The notes under the pieces: generated by a model
Seen by the model: the letters and a program-made list of their open reading frames with translations, nothing else
Databases searched by the model: none
Told to the model about the DNA's origin: nothing
Position numbers and translations under genes: made by a program
In this document: in pieces, positions 29,812 through 44,885 of the stretch
Layout: every line of letters begins with the position of its first letter
How positions within the stretch are numbered: position 1 is the stretch's first letter
Assembly: GCF_009914755.1 (NCBI RefSeq)
Contig: NC_060935.1
Reading direction: 5' to 3' (one strand)
DNA: 64,000 nt
Source: the human T2T-CHM13v2.0 reference genome, Homo sapiens

Positions 29812-30310
29812 GTGCAATGGTGCTGTGCCACAGTGACTTAATGGTGCCATGCTGCAATGAGGCCATGGTGCCACAGTGCAGTGACGTCATGGTGCCACGG
29901 TGCAATGACATCATGGTGCCATGCTGCAGTGACATAATGGTGCCGTGCTGCAATGAGGCCATGGTGCCATGGTGCAGTGACGTTATAGTGCCATGGTGCA
30001 GTGATGTCATGGTGCCATGGTGCAATGACGTCATGGTGCCATGCTGCAGTGACATAATGGTGCCATGCTACGATGACGCCATGGTGCTGTGCTGCAACGA
30101 CGTCGTGTTGCTGTGCTGCAGTAACATAATGGTGCCATGCTGCAGTGACCTCGTGGTGCCACGGTGCAGTGACGTTATAGTGCCATGGTGCAATGATGTC
30201 ATGGTGCCATGGTGCAATGGTGCATGTGGTGGAACAACCATGCCATGGTGCAGTGGCTCAACAGTGCCATGATGCCGGGTGCAAGAGTGCAATGGTGCAG
30301 AGATGCAATG
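29812..30310. repeat. 24-bp-unit minisatellite ATGGTGCCATG(G/C)TGCA(A/G)TGACGTC
   Basis: About 17-20 tandem units; produces the 8-aa-periodic ORF 29601-30272. Confidence 0.93.
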
Positions 30311-30460
30311 GAGCAGTGATTTCAGAGTGAGGCCCCTTCTCCAGGCAGCCACAGCTCACCTGCTCAGAGCTTTTCTATCTTAGGAGTTTGTCTCTTCAGC
30401 AGAAGAGGTTTGGATTTGGGATGAGAATCACCAGCTATGAGACCTGGGGAAAGTCGTGTC

Positions 30461-31245
30461 CCTTCTCTGAGCCTCCATCTTCTTCTCTGAGCCTCCATCT
30501 CCTTCTTGGAGGCTCCATCTCTTCTCTGAGCCTCCATCTTCTTCTCTGAGCCTCCATCTCCTTCTTGGAGCCTCCATCTCCTTCTCTGAGCCTCCATCTT
30601 CTTCTCTGAGCCTCCATCTCCTTCTTGGAGCCTCCATCTCCTTCTCTGAGCCTCCATCTTCTTCTCTGAGCCTCTGTCTCCCTCTCTGAGCCTCCGTCTC
30701 CTTCTCAGAGCCTCCGTCTCCTTCTCGGAGCCTCCGTCTCCTTCTCAGAGCCTCCATCTCCTTCTCTGGGCCTCCATCTTCTTCTCTGGGCCTCTATCTC
30801 CTTCTCTGAGCCTCCATCTCCTTCTCTGAGCCTCCATCTTCTTCTCTGAGCCTCCATCTCCCTCTCTGAGCCTCCATCTCCTTCTCTGAGCCTCCATCTC
30901 CCTCTCTGAGCCTCCATCTCCCTCTCTGAGCCTCCATCTTCTTCTCGGAGCCTCCATCTCCTTCTCTGAGCCTCCATCTTCTTCTCTGAGCCTCCATCTC
31001 CCTCTCGGAGACTCCATCTCCGTCTCTGAGCCTCCATCTTCTTCTCTGAGCTTCCATCTCCCTCTCAGAGACTCCATATCCCTCTCAGAGCCTCCATCTC
31101 CCTCTCTGAGCCTCCATCTCCTTCTCTGAGCCTCCATTTCCTTCTCTGAGCCTCCATCTCCTTCTCGGAGCCTCCATCTCCCTCTCAGAGCCTCCATCTC
31201 CTTCTCTGAGCCTCCATCTTCTTCTCTGAGCCTCTATCTTCTTCC
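30461..31245. repeat. 20-bp-unit minisatellite CTGAGCCTCCATCT(C/T)CTTCT, ~39 copies
   Basis: Direct inspection. Confidence 0.95.
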
Positions 31246-31284
31246 CTGTCCAGTGGGAACAATGACCTCTCTTCCTCACACCTC

Positions 31285-31382
31285 GCCATGGCGCTGCTGG
31301 AGGATCAAGTCAATTAAGCCCACCAGCAGGAATGCATTTCATAAGCTGACATCATGGTAGGAGGGATTGTCACTGCTGCCAC
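31285..31382. repeat. 98-bp direct repeat, copy 2
   Basis: Matches 29208-29305. Confidence 0.9.
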
Positions 31383-32692
31383 CTCCTCGAACGTTTCTCA
31401 GCCACCCACATCTAAGTGTGGTGGGTAGGCGGTGGGGGAGGGACAAAGTCATGGGTGTGCAGAAGGAACAATGTTTTCTCCAGTTCGAAGTTGCTGTTTG
31501 AGATAAAAAGATGGACAGTGCTGGGCCTGGTGTCCTTTCGTCAGGAGGCCTGTGGGTCAGAGCGGCTGCTCTACTTGGAAGCGACCCAATGACTTTGGGC
31601 AATGCCTTCATCCTGCCTCTCTGTTCTCACAAGTCCTCCTACGAGGGGTCTCACTGCCATCTTGGCTGCCAGACTTAAGCCTTGGAAGGGGCGTGAGGGT
31701 GGCGGAGCCCCGAAGGACACCCTGGGTCTCTGTGGCTATGACTTCTTGACTTGGGAGTTAAGGGCACTGCATCGAGCTTGTGGGGAGGGACATGGAGCTT
31801 AGATCTAGAAAAAAAGGTGACCTCTCTCAGAGACTGAAACTTACTCCCAGCTGCCCATGAAAATAAAACCAAATCAAGAGCCCAATCTGCTGTGGTTGAG
31901 CCAAGCAGTCTGCTGCCCCATAATTCATCTTGGTCACTCATTCTGTTTTGGCAAAGAATTTTCCTCTCGCTGTGATCTTGTGTTTCACCATCTAGGTCAG
32001 CGTTCCCCAACCTTTTTGGCACCAGGGACCAGTTTCATGGAAGACAATTTTTGCACTGAGCAGGGCAGGGGATGGTTTCGGGATGATTCAAGTGCATTAC
32101 CTTTATTGTGTGTGGCCCTGAGCTTGTTTTCCTGCAACTAGGACAGTCCCACATGGGGGTGATGGGAGACGGCAACAGTGCCTGCAGCCTAGCTGGGGTG
32201 GATTTGGAGGGGAGAGCCTTGCTCTCAGCAGATGCTCCCTAATGCACCCCCTCTAAGTCAATTCATACTCCAAGGATAAGGCCCCTTCCCTGGAGGAGGG
32301 GCTGAGAGCTGAGATGAAATTCCACATTGTAACTGTAGTGGGTTGAATGATGCCCACCCCCCTATCATTATGTCCACCTGGAGTCTCAGGTGACTATCTG
32401 CATCGAGTGTCTTTGCAGAAGTGATAGTTAAGAATCTCAAGATGAGAATCACCTTGGATTACCTGGATGGGCCCCAAATCCAATGACAAGTGTCTTTCTA
32501 AGACAGAGGCAGGAGGAGATTTGAGACAGAAAAGGAAAAAGAGAAGGAGGCCATGTGAAGACGGAGGCAGCCAAAGGATGCCTGGAGCCCCCAGGAGCTG
32601 GAAGAGACAGGAAAGATCACCTGCTAGAGCCTTGGGAGGAAGCCAGCCTTGCTGACACCTTGCTTTCAGACTCCAGGTCCCCAGAACTATGA

Positions 32693-33094
<402 letters not shown>

Positions 33095-34644
33095 TAAACA
33101 CTCCCTATGGTCCAGAAACTGCACCAAACATACATTCACTCATCTCATTTAACCTTCAGGCCGAATCTCTGAGATACATACTTTGGACAATCACATTATG
33201 CAAAAGAGATGCCTCTGCCACAGCAGCACCCTTGCGCTGAGTCATGCATGTGCTGAGGACAAGGCTGAGATTGGAGCCTCAGTCTCCCCGGCCCTGAAGC
33301 CCCAGCTCTTAACCACTGAGCTCCATAATCCCCAAGCAGCAAGCTGGTTGGCTAGCTCGAGTGCAGGCACCTGCGATTTGCCAGGGTGGTCCCTGCTATG
33401 ATCCCTGCCACTTGGACAACGAGGAGGAAATCCACTGGCTCCCAGCATCCATGTGCATTTTATCCTCTTAGAGAGGGAGACGGGATTTTCTCCTCTGTCA
33501 CAGCTCCGGGAGCCAGTGTATCTTGGATAATTAGAAACACTGCCAATAATTTGCTCCAAGTGCTGCAAAGAGCAAGAGTGATCGCCATGAGGTCCTGCGA
33601 CATCTGAGATCTTCCACGTCACGACGCTGCTCCCTACCACGGACGATTGGAACTTCCAGAGGATGAGCTCCATGATCCAGAGCATGAGCTGGGAACGCAG
33701 TTGCACTGGGGGGTCTTGCCCCCACCACTTTGTCACCATGTGGATTCGAGAAGTCACCTCTCGGAGCAGGTGGTTCCTCTTCCGGGAGAAGAGGCATCTC
33801 TGTCCCTACCTGGCATGCAGCCAGGCTCAGACCCACTCGCCCAGTTTCAGTTATGACGCGACTGTGTTGTCCGGGGGAGGGGGATGAGCAGTTGGTTTTT
33901 AATGGGGCCAGAGCTTCCGTTTGGGAGGATGAGAACGTTCTGGAGATAGATGGTGGTGAATGTTCTTGATGCCACTGAACTGTGCAGTTAACACAGCTTT
34001 ACACTGTGTATACTTTACCACAATAGAAACACCTGTGTTTCTAAATTCCCTTGAAACACAGGAAGATCTGGCGATGTGGGATCCACTTGCTGGCATGTCA
34101 GAGATGGGCCTCTTGGAGGGCCTGTGTCCCAGTCCCCACCTGCCCTCCTACTGCCTTCCTATCACGGAGGCTGAGTGTCCATTGCCACTCACCCTAATGG
34201 ACTCCCGTTTACCCTAAAGGCAAATTGCTCCTTCTCTGTGTCCATACCTCTCTGAATGTGAGAAGAGCCAGAGATGGGAGACGGGCAGTAAGACTGATTT
34301 TTCACAATGCATCCACTTTACTGATTTACACATCGCTGCTCTCTCTAAGCCTGCGGCTCTCAGAGTGGGCCGCATGCTGGGAGTGGTGAGAGGGGCAAGG
34401 CCTTGCCCACCCCATCTCCCACCCCCGACCAGCTGAGGCAGAGACTCTAGGTGGCCCGGCCATCTGTATGTTATCAAGCCAGGTGCTCCCGACTTGGATT
34501 TGTGGAGGCACGTTCGCACCCACCACGCCCCGCTCAGCAGATTGCCTTGGCCGCCCTGTGGCAGAGGGGATGGGGTTGACCGGGCCAGCAGGCCACCTCT
34601 GGATGAGCAGCACCCCACAGGGAGGAGACCCCGACATCACTCAC

Positions 34645-34771
34645 ATCGTGCCGAAGTTTCCCGAGGACAGTGGGGAACATGCCCATTGGGCTTTCCATTC
34701 CTGCAAATCCCACCTTGCTGAAGCCAGAGCAGTAGTCACAGATGAGGGGCACGCTGTCCATGGCGGTCAGG
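34645..34771 (-). pseudogene. ACTE1P: Actin-like coding exon 1: 10 nt of 5' UTR, then MDSVPLICDYCSGFSKVGFAGMESPMGMFPTVLGKLRHD
   Basis: Acceptor ttctctcccccag ends at 34772. Kozak gaccgccATGG with ATG at 34761-34759. Donor GAT|GTGAGT after 34645. Matches actin LVCDNGSG..KAGFAG..FPSIVGRPRHQ. Confidence 0.92.
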
Positions 34772-35373
34772 CTGGGGGAGAGAACACACGGTTACCCATG
34801 CCACTGCATGGCACTGGTCCCTGGGACAGGCACTGTGCTGGGCGTTAAGCTTAGGGCTCATAGCGCCCAGGGGCCCAGGGTAGTGTGGGTGGCCCCCCAT
34901 ACCCAGAGCTGGGCCCTGGGTGGGCAAGAGCCACTTCCAGGATGCTGTGTGCAGTTTGTTTGAAGGGGGTCCTTTCCGATGACCATTTGCACATGGCTGC
35001 CCTGGAGAAGGGAGGATTAGGGGGGCCCTGCACTAATGCTTTGGCCTCCACCTGTTTCTAGCAAACTGTGACCTGCTTCGCAGCCACTTATCTGAAGCAG
35101 CCCCTCTCCCCTTCGTGGAAGGGGGAGACCCCAAGAGGAGCTGGGGCCCTGGGTGGTCTGCAAGCTGTGGTCACAGACGGATTCCTGACTTCCAGCTCCA
35201 ACGCTGCCTTATCTGGGAAGCTTCACTGACCTCCTGGCCCTGGTTGAAACCATTCTCTCCCTCTGCTTTGCTTCTAGAGAACATTTTCCATATTTTTGCA
35301 AGTTTAGAAAACATGCAGAAAGATACAGAGCATCAAAATCACCTGAGGTCCCCGCCCGTGGTCACCCCTCTGA

Positions 35374-35691
<318 letters not shown>

Positions 35692-36734
35692 TGTTTTCAA
35701 CCTACTTTTATGCACTGTATAGGTTTTTAAAAAATCAACTACCCTCAAAAATGAATGAGTCCATTTTCTTTTTCGAATATTGCATTGTGATTAAATATTT
35801 ATTATCACAAATGTTTTCTTCGTTTTATAAGTGACTTTTGGATCTTTTTTCGATAAAGAAAGAATACAGGCTCATTGTAGAAAATAGAGAAAACTGTGAA
35901 GAAAAACAAAACCTTTTCCAAATCCTGCTAATCGGAAGTAACCTTTGCCAATATTCAGCTCTCTACCCTGACAGTCGTCACAGAAAACAGAGGGGTCTCT
36001 GTTCATCTAGTGCCTCTGTGAACAGCTGTGTGAGGTGAAACTCAGTGGGGCATGAGGGCGTCTCTCACTAAGTTGCTAGGTATACACACTACACATATTA
36101 CAGTATGTACGGTTTTGTGTTAGACTTTTCAGTGGAACATTATAGCCATTTGCATATTATGGAATATTTGATGGAAACGTTTTCCTTCTAACACCATCTA
36201 CCACATCTGCTATGAATCCTCTGTGGAGCCTGTAGGTCCTATTTTTTTGGTCACCGTCAGCAATCCTGGGATAATCTCCTTAGTCATCCTTCTTTTTCTT
36301 GCATTTTGGATCAGCCCCTTTCCATCACCTCCTTTGAATGACTAGTTGGAAGAGCAAAAATTTTTAAAGGCTCCTTAAACATTTTGCCAAATTGCTGTCC
36401 AGAAACGTTGGTCAGTTTGCCACAGCCACATCAGGCCCTTGTCACACGGAGCTGCCATCATCTCTGCAGGCCCCTGTCTCGCATCTCCATGTCAGGCCCA
36501 TGCCCCCCGCTCTGCGTACTGCATGCTCAGCTGATATGGCTGGATGGCTTTTGAACCCACCTGGTCTCTCATGTGGGGGCTTCATAACCTTCCTCTCTGG
36601 AATATTTGCTGGTGTCCCATCTGTCTGCATGCTGACTGCGTATCTGCAGCCAGGCTGTTGCTTCTGGAAGGCCAAGCATCGGCTGCCTGTTCATTCCTGT
36701 GCGTCCTGGACATGCAGGGATGGAGGAGGCTTTG

Positions 36735-37245
36735 GTTACTACAGTTTTGTAGTATATTTTGAAGTCTCATAATGCCAGGTTTGTGCTTTTGCTCAGGATT
36801 GTTTTGGCTATTCAGAGTTTTTTTTTGGTTCTGTACAATTTTAAGATTTTTCCAATTCTGTGAAGAATGTCCTTGGTATTTTGGTAGGGATTGTGTTTAA
36901 TCTGTAGATTACTTTAGGTACTATCATCATTTTAACAATATTTCTGGATCCATGAGTATGGGATGTCGTTCCATTTGTTTTTATTTTTTGTCAGTCACTT
37001 CTTAAATATATTCCTAGGTATTTCATTTTTCATATCTATTGTAAATGGCCTCATCTTCTCGATTTCCTTTTTAGCTATTTTGTTGTTCATGTATAGCAAT
37101 GCTACTGATTTTATATGTTAATTTTTTATCTTTACTAAATTCATTCAATTCTAAAAGATTTTTGGTAGAGTCTTTAGGATTGTCTATATATAAGATCATA
37201 TTGTCTGCAAATAAGAATAATTTGACTTTTTACTTTCTAATTTGC
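36735..37245 (-). mobile_element. L1 ORF2-region fragment
   Basis: ttttgctcaggattgttttggctattc...tttggtagagtctttagg...ttgtctgcaaataagaataatttgac. Confidence 0.8.
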
Positions 37246-37329
37246 AATAGAGCCTGAGACATGAGGGGCACTTGACAGCACAGGAAACCCTTGGGTGCAT
37301 TTCCTGACCTGACCCTCACTGCGGTGACA

Positions 37330-37872
37330 GATGTGATGGCCTCGATGACGTTGATAGTGATGATGATGACAATGATAATGATGACTATGACAATGATTAT
37401 GATGACAATAATGACAATGACAATGACGATGACAATGATGACTGTGACAATGATGATGATGGCTGTGACAATGATTATGACAATGATGATGACTATGACA
37501 ATGATGATGACTATGACAATGGCGATGACGATGACATAATGATGACAATCATGATGATGACTATGACAATGATGACGACATTGACAGTGATGACAATAAT
37601 GATGTCGATGATGATAATGATGATGACAATGGTGATAACAATGATGATGACAATAATGATAACAGCAATGACAATGATGATGAAAATGATAACAATGACA
37701 ATTATGATGATGACTATGATGATGATGGCAATGATGACATTGATGATGATGATAATGACAATGATGATGATGACAATGATGACATTGATGATGATGATGA
37801 CAGTGACAATGATGATGACAATGATAATGACAATAATGATAACAATGACAGTGATGACAATGATGATGATGG
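37330..37872. repeat. (ATG/ACA)n trinucleotide-type low-complexity repeat
   Basis: gatgatgacaatgatg run; gives poly-His/Met/Ile ORFs. Confidence 0.93.
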
Positions 37873-38403
37873 ATTGTCTTGATATGCAAGGCATTTCCCC
37901 CACGTAAATCAGCAAATACCCAATGTGGGAGCAGACATCCAAATACCTTGCTCTTTCTACCAAGTGCTATGCATTTGGGGCACAGAAATAAATTGATTCC
38001 AGGCCTGGTCAAGCTGTTTTCGTTTTTCCTTTGGTACAATAGCATTTGCATTCTGATGTCAAAGATGTGGTTTTTCCTTTGTTTTGTTTTAAATCATCTG
38101 ATGTTGGCTTCCACTCCCAAAGAAAGAGGGAAATGAGGCCATAAATAATTGCACTGCTCTCCTGAGCCAAAATATTTTCATCTGGGGTGTGTTGAGTGGA
38201 ATAAAAACTGGTTCAGTGCAGGGAAGGCTTTTGCCTCCAATGGGCTGAATCCGAGTTTGCCCCAGCATGGTGTGGCCAACCAAGCAGCACGCTTCTACTT
38301 TACTCCAGATCCTCATTGATCTGAAACTTACTTGTGAATCCAAATATTGACTATCAATGCACAGAAGTAAAAATCTAAAGAAAGCATAACAGAAATTGGA
38401 AGA

Positions 38404-38745
<342 letters not shown>

Positions 38746-40249
38746 TCAGAAAAGATTGCTCAGCTACTGAGAAAAGAAACTGTTGGTTCACATCACTGAC
38801 ATAGAAAAGGAAGGAAAGAAGGCATTGCCCTGTTTCAGGTTCTGTGCTGGGGACATAACTAATACCAGGGAGAGAACTGGTGACAAACAGGTGCAGAGAG
38901 GTAAGAGGTGGAGCCCACCCGTAGTCCAGGCAGGGCCCCTCTGTGTCATTGCTTCTGCATGAGGCCACTGTGAGGTGCCTAGCAGAGGTCATGGTCTCTT
39001 GACCTAGTTGGGGCTTCTGGAAGCTGGCCCAGCAGCCTCCTAGAGCCTCTGCCTCTCTTTCCACTCTAATCCTGCTCCAGTCTTAAGATTTGGATGAGGT
39101 GGGCCCTAAGGGCTCACAGGACCCATGCTGGCCAGTAAGATTATTCCACTCCTTGGCTACTAAAGTTGGCTAAATAATGGTCCCTGTCCTCACACCACAT
39201 CCTAATGTGTATATGTGTATATGTGAGCTTCCATGGCAAAAGAGACTTTATAGTTGTGGTTAAGTTATAGATCTTGAGATGAGGAGATTGCCCTGGATCA
39301 TCTGGGTGGACCCTAGGTAATCATGAGAGTCCTTGTAAGAGGAAGCAGGAGGTCAGAGTCAGAGAGATTGGAAGATGTTATTATTGCAGTGAGCCAAGGC
39401 ATGCAGGCACCTCCAGGAGCTGGAAAGGGCAAGGAAATGGGTTCTCCCAGTTCCTAGAGCCCCCAGAGGGAAAATGGCCCTGCAGACACCTTGATTTTGG
39501 CCCACTGAAATCCATTTCAGACTTCTGACCTCCAATACATTTCAATTGTCTTAGGTCAAAGTTTGTGTTGATTTGTGATGGCTACCCTTGACCAGGGTGG
39601 GCATGTGATGCCAGCCATGGTTTCTTCCTGGGATCTTGGTCATCTCTCAGGAAGGATACTCTCTTCCCTTGGATTAAGGATCTGGGAGAACCTGAAGTGA
39701 GCCTGGAGTTGCCCTTGTAGCTGCCTTGCGGCCCCACAACGAGAGCTTCCCTGAGGAGGAAGTCAGCCCTCAGGAAGCAGAGGAGAGACATGAGGAACAG
39801 AATTTTTACAGTATCATTGGAGCACAAACCTCAGCCTGCCCTGCACTGTTCAGCCCAGGGAGCCAACAGAATTTTTTCCTGCCAAATGGGTCTGAGTTGG
39901 GTTTCTGTCACTTGCAACCGAGACAGTCCTGACCGATTTTTAGCAATTGGGCTTCTTCATTGGTCCTGGGCATTAGAGCTTCATTGGATGAAATGCCCAG
40001 AAAATCATTGGAATTAGAGATATATGATTATCCTCTGAAAATGCTCTTGTAGATTTAGCTTAAAGTAGATTAGGTCAGAGGTGATTAATTCTGAATCAAG
40101 GGTTATCAGTATTCATTCAGCAAATATTCACCAACTGCCTCCTAGGGGCACGGTGCTGTTCTAGAGTGAGGAGACAGTGAGGAGGATTCAGACAAGTTTC
40201 TTTCCCCATGGGCATGCTGGTCTCCCTGGGAAGCCAGATATTATATGGA

Positions 40250-40565
<316 letters not shown>

Positions 40566-41531
40566 TAAATTAAAAAGTCATTCAAAATTTTTCAATTGTG
40601 ATCAGTGCCATCGAGGCTGCCTGTGCATGTCTTGTGATGTCACTTGTCCTGCCTGGAGCATTGACCTATGAATGCAGTGTGCAAATGTCTCAGAATAGCA
40701 GTGACGCAGACGGGGGGAGGTGCCAGAAACTTCTGGGCCAAAGTGGGTCAGGGCCCACCAGCTCTGTTTGGGTGACCATGCATAGCCAAGCCACACACTC
40801 GTGGTCCTCTGGAGATGTTGGTCTTGATCGTTTTCTGCTGTGGGCTGTCCTGTGCCTTGTAGGATGTGTAGCTGCCCCCCAGCTTCCACCCACTAGATCC
40901 CTGTAGCACCCTCCAAGTTGTGACAACCCAAAATGTCCAAGCTTTGCCAAGTGTGCCTGCAGAGGGAGTGGGAGGTGGACAAAAGAGTCCTGGCTGAAAG
41001 GGAAGGGCCTTCATGATGCAGACCTGTGGAAGCCAGGTGGGAGGACAATTCCAAGGGGTGAACCAGTTAGAACCAGATTTTCCAAGCTTATGAAATACTT
41101 TCCTCACCAGGGAAGCCATCACAACAGATCTGATACTATCATTGTTTCTCTCCATCTTAATCCAAAATCATTTATTCCATCACAAGAAGAAAAAATCAGG
41201 AAGTTCAATATGTCCCAGGCAGCTCTGACATCATCGTGTCCTGCTGCACCATCGGGCACATCATGCCTGACTCCCCCCAAGGCTGCGACAGAAGACATTC
41301 TTCCTGCTCAGGACTCTGGTGTTCCTGATGGGTCCTGTGCCTGCTTGAGTCATGTGGCTGCAGAGAAGAGGACTGATGTGAAGACTTGTGTTTAGTAAAC
41401 TGTACAGTGCTGTAATACCTAAGGGGTGATCATAATAATAATATCAAGGAGTTATCTCTATTATATTTTGGGCAATTTGAATTTCCCAAAAGGGAGAAGT
41501 TGGGGAGGGACAGAGAGAATGAGAGTGAGAC

Positions 41532-41562
<31 letters not shown>

Positions 41563-41659
41563 TAGATTGTGAGAAGGGGATGTTGGAGTGTTGGAGAGGG
41601 TTAGAATTGGAAAATAAGTTGGTAGACTGAAGTATTTGCAAGGCATTGTGTGAGCTCCA

Positions 41660-42210
41660 GGATGGATGGATAGATGAGTGAATGGATGGGTGGGTAGATG
41701 AATGAATGAATAATGGATGGATGGATAGATGAATGGATGAATGGATTGATGGATGGGTAGGTGGGTTGATGGGTGGGTAGATGGATGATGGATGGATGGA
41801 TGGATAGATAGATGGATGAATGAATAGATGGATGGATAGGTGGATGGGTGGGTGGATAGATGGATGGATGGGTGGATGGATGAATGGATGAGTGGATGGA
41901 TAGGTGGGTAGATGAATGAATGAATGTTGGATGGCTGGATAGATGAATGGATGGATGGATGGGTGGGTGGGTGGATGGATGGGTAGATGGATGATGGATG
42001 GATAGATAGGTAGATGGATGAATGGATACATGGATGGGTGGGCGGATGGATGGATGGATGGATGGGTGGGTGGATGGGTGGGTGGATAGATGGAGGGATG
42101 GGTGGATGGATGGATGAATGAGAGGATGGGTGGATGGGTGAATGGATGGATGATGGGTGGTAAGTCCATGGATGGATGGATGGATGGATGGATGGATGGA
42201 TGGATGGATA
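41660..42210. repeat. (TGGA)n simple repeat
   Basis: Direct inspection. Confidence 0.93.
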
Positions 42211-43962
42211 CATAATGTAGTCATTTCTATCCTTGCATCTCTTATACCTCTCTAAGTTTAGACAGCCTTGTCTTCACCTAGTCCATTTTTTAGAAAGAAA
42301 TCTTTCAAAACAGGCCTTATAGAAAGAGAAATGATGTATCTGCCTACTCCCTACACAAACTTTCTACGATCCTGGCATCCCTTTATAACAAAGCATAGTT
42401 CAACCCTACAAGTGTGCACTGAATACTAACTTATTACATTACTTTAGCGAGTTCTTGGATCTCTCCAAGTGCACAGAGACGCCCTTGGGGGTCCCACCTT
42501 TGTCCTCTCTTCTCAAAGAGCCTGAACATGCCTGATGCCCTGTGGATGAGATCTGTTCTTCTCATGGGAAACAGATAGGATTCACAGAATTTAGCTACTG
42601 TGTTTTTCTTAAGCAAATTATACTAAGATCCATGTGGCAATGTCCCAGAAGAGAGACCACATAGAGTTGCAAGGGAGCAGAACATGTACTGCTTACATCC
42701 TTCCTCTCTTGAGAAGTTGTGCTGGTTGGCTTCCAATGTTTCTGATTGAAAATAGGGTGAAGCAAACCCCAGATGATTTAAAGGGGCTGGGATAGGATGT
42801 TCCCCAAGGCACTACCACAGGCTCTGGGCAAAACCCTGTTTCTGCTCTCAAAAAGCTCCCAACTCGTAGGAGAAAAACATTTGTAAAAAAGAAATTAATG
42901 CAATGCGACAAGGGCTGTAAAAGGAGGCAACAAGGTGAGTTGAGCTTTGAAGCCTTGAACAGATTCTAGGCAGGGACAAGCAAAAGCCCAGAGCTGGGCA
43001 GGGAGTCCTTGGAGACGTATGTGAAGGGACATTCCAATGGTCTTGGGTGTCCTCCATTCTTTACGCCCCCAGTGCTGTCACATCTGTAGGGGTTCACTGA
43101 GACATTTATAACAGCAGCCACACGGAGATGACTTTCTTGTGCCAGACACTCTCTAGATTAATCCCGCTAGCCTCTCAGCAACCTTCTGAGGCTGGGTAGC
43201 ATCAGTCTCATTTTTTCTGTGGAGGGATCAGGCTCAGGGGAATGAAGTGAGAACTCCAGCTATGAAAGCTGGAGCTAAAAATTTGATGCCAAGCAGCCTC
43301 ATTCCCTATCCTTTCTTTCCACCTGAGTGGTAAATTGCAAACAGCCATAGATTCCTTGCAGCTGCTCTTGTTACGAAGTGGAGCCTATTTTCCCATGCTT
43401 AAACCTGGACTGGTCTTGTGACTCCTTTGATGGGTACAGTGTGATGAAAGTGACGTTGTGTGAGCTCCAAACATAGTCATCAGAGGAGCTGCAGCTTCCT
43501 CCCTTGCTATGTTCAGACCACCCTGGTGTGGGAGCTGGAGTTAGCCTCTTGGAGGAGGAGAGGCCACGTGGAAGAGAACCAAGATGCCCAGCCAACAGCC
43601 AACCACCTGCTAGACATGTGGCTGAGGCTACCTTGGATAATCCACCATCAGATGACCTGTGAGGTGACCCCCACCCCCAGGTGCACAAGAGAGCTCAGAG
43701 AGACCAGCCAAACCAGCTCAGACCAGAAGAACCCCGAGTTGACCCACAGACTGGTGAATATAATATGACGGTTGTTGAAAGCTATAAAGCCTCAGTAAGG
43801 TTGTGCTACACTGACCTGCATCTGTACTCTAAACAAATGGTCCTTCCCAGACCTCCATGGTCTGCTTTCAACTCGCTCAAAGTCATCCACTCACCAATAC
43901 AAAGATGGAAAACACAGAGAAGGTAAGGGGATTGTTGAAAATCACACTGTAATGGTCTGAAC

Positions 43963-44885
<923 letters not shown>

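Noticed and set aside
29601-30272. 223-aa Cys-rich ORF resembling keratin-associated proteins or metallothionein
   Set aside because: The 8-aa periodicity is simply the 24-bp repeat, the 5' part runs through LTR-like sequence, and it starts at GTG.
29812-31245. CRISPR-like appearance of the regular arrays
   Set aside because: Head-to-tail tandem units without unique spacers, in eukaryotic DNA with no cas genes.
33242-33860. 171-aa ORF and CpG-richer unique stretch in intron 1
   Set aside because: No recognisable protein family or clear exon boundaries, so no call can be supported without a database search.
37230-38051. Poly-His/Cys/Ile/Met ORFs
   Set aside because: Trinucleotide low-complexity repeat.
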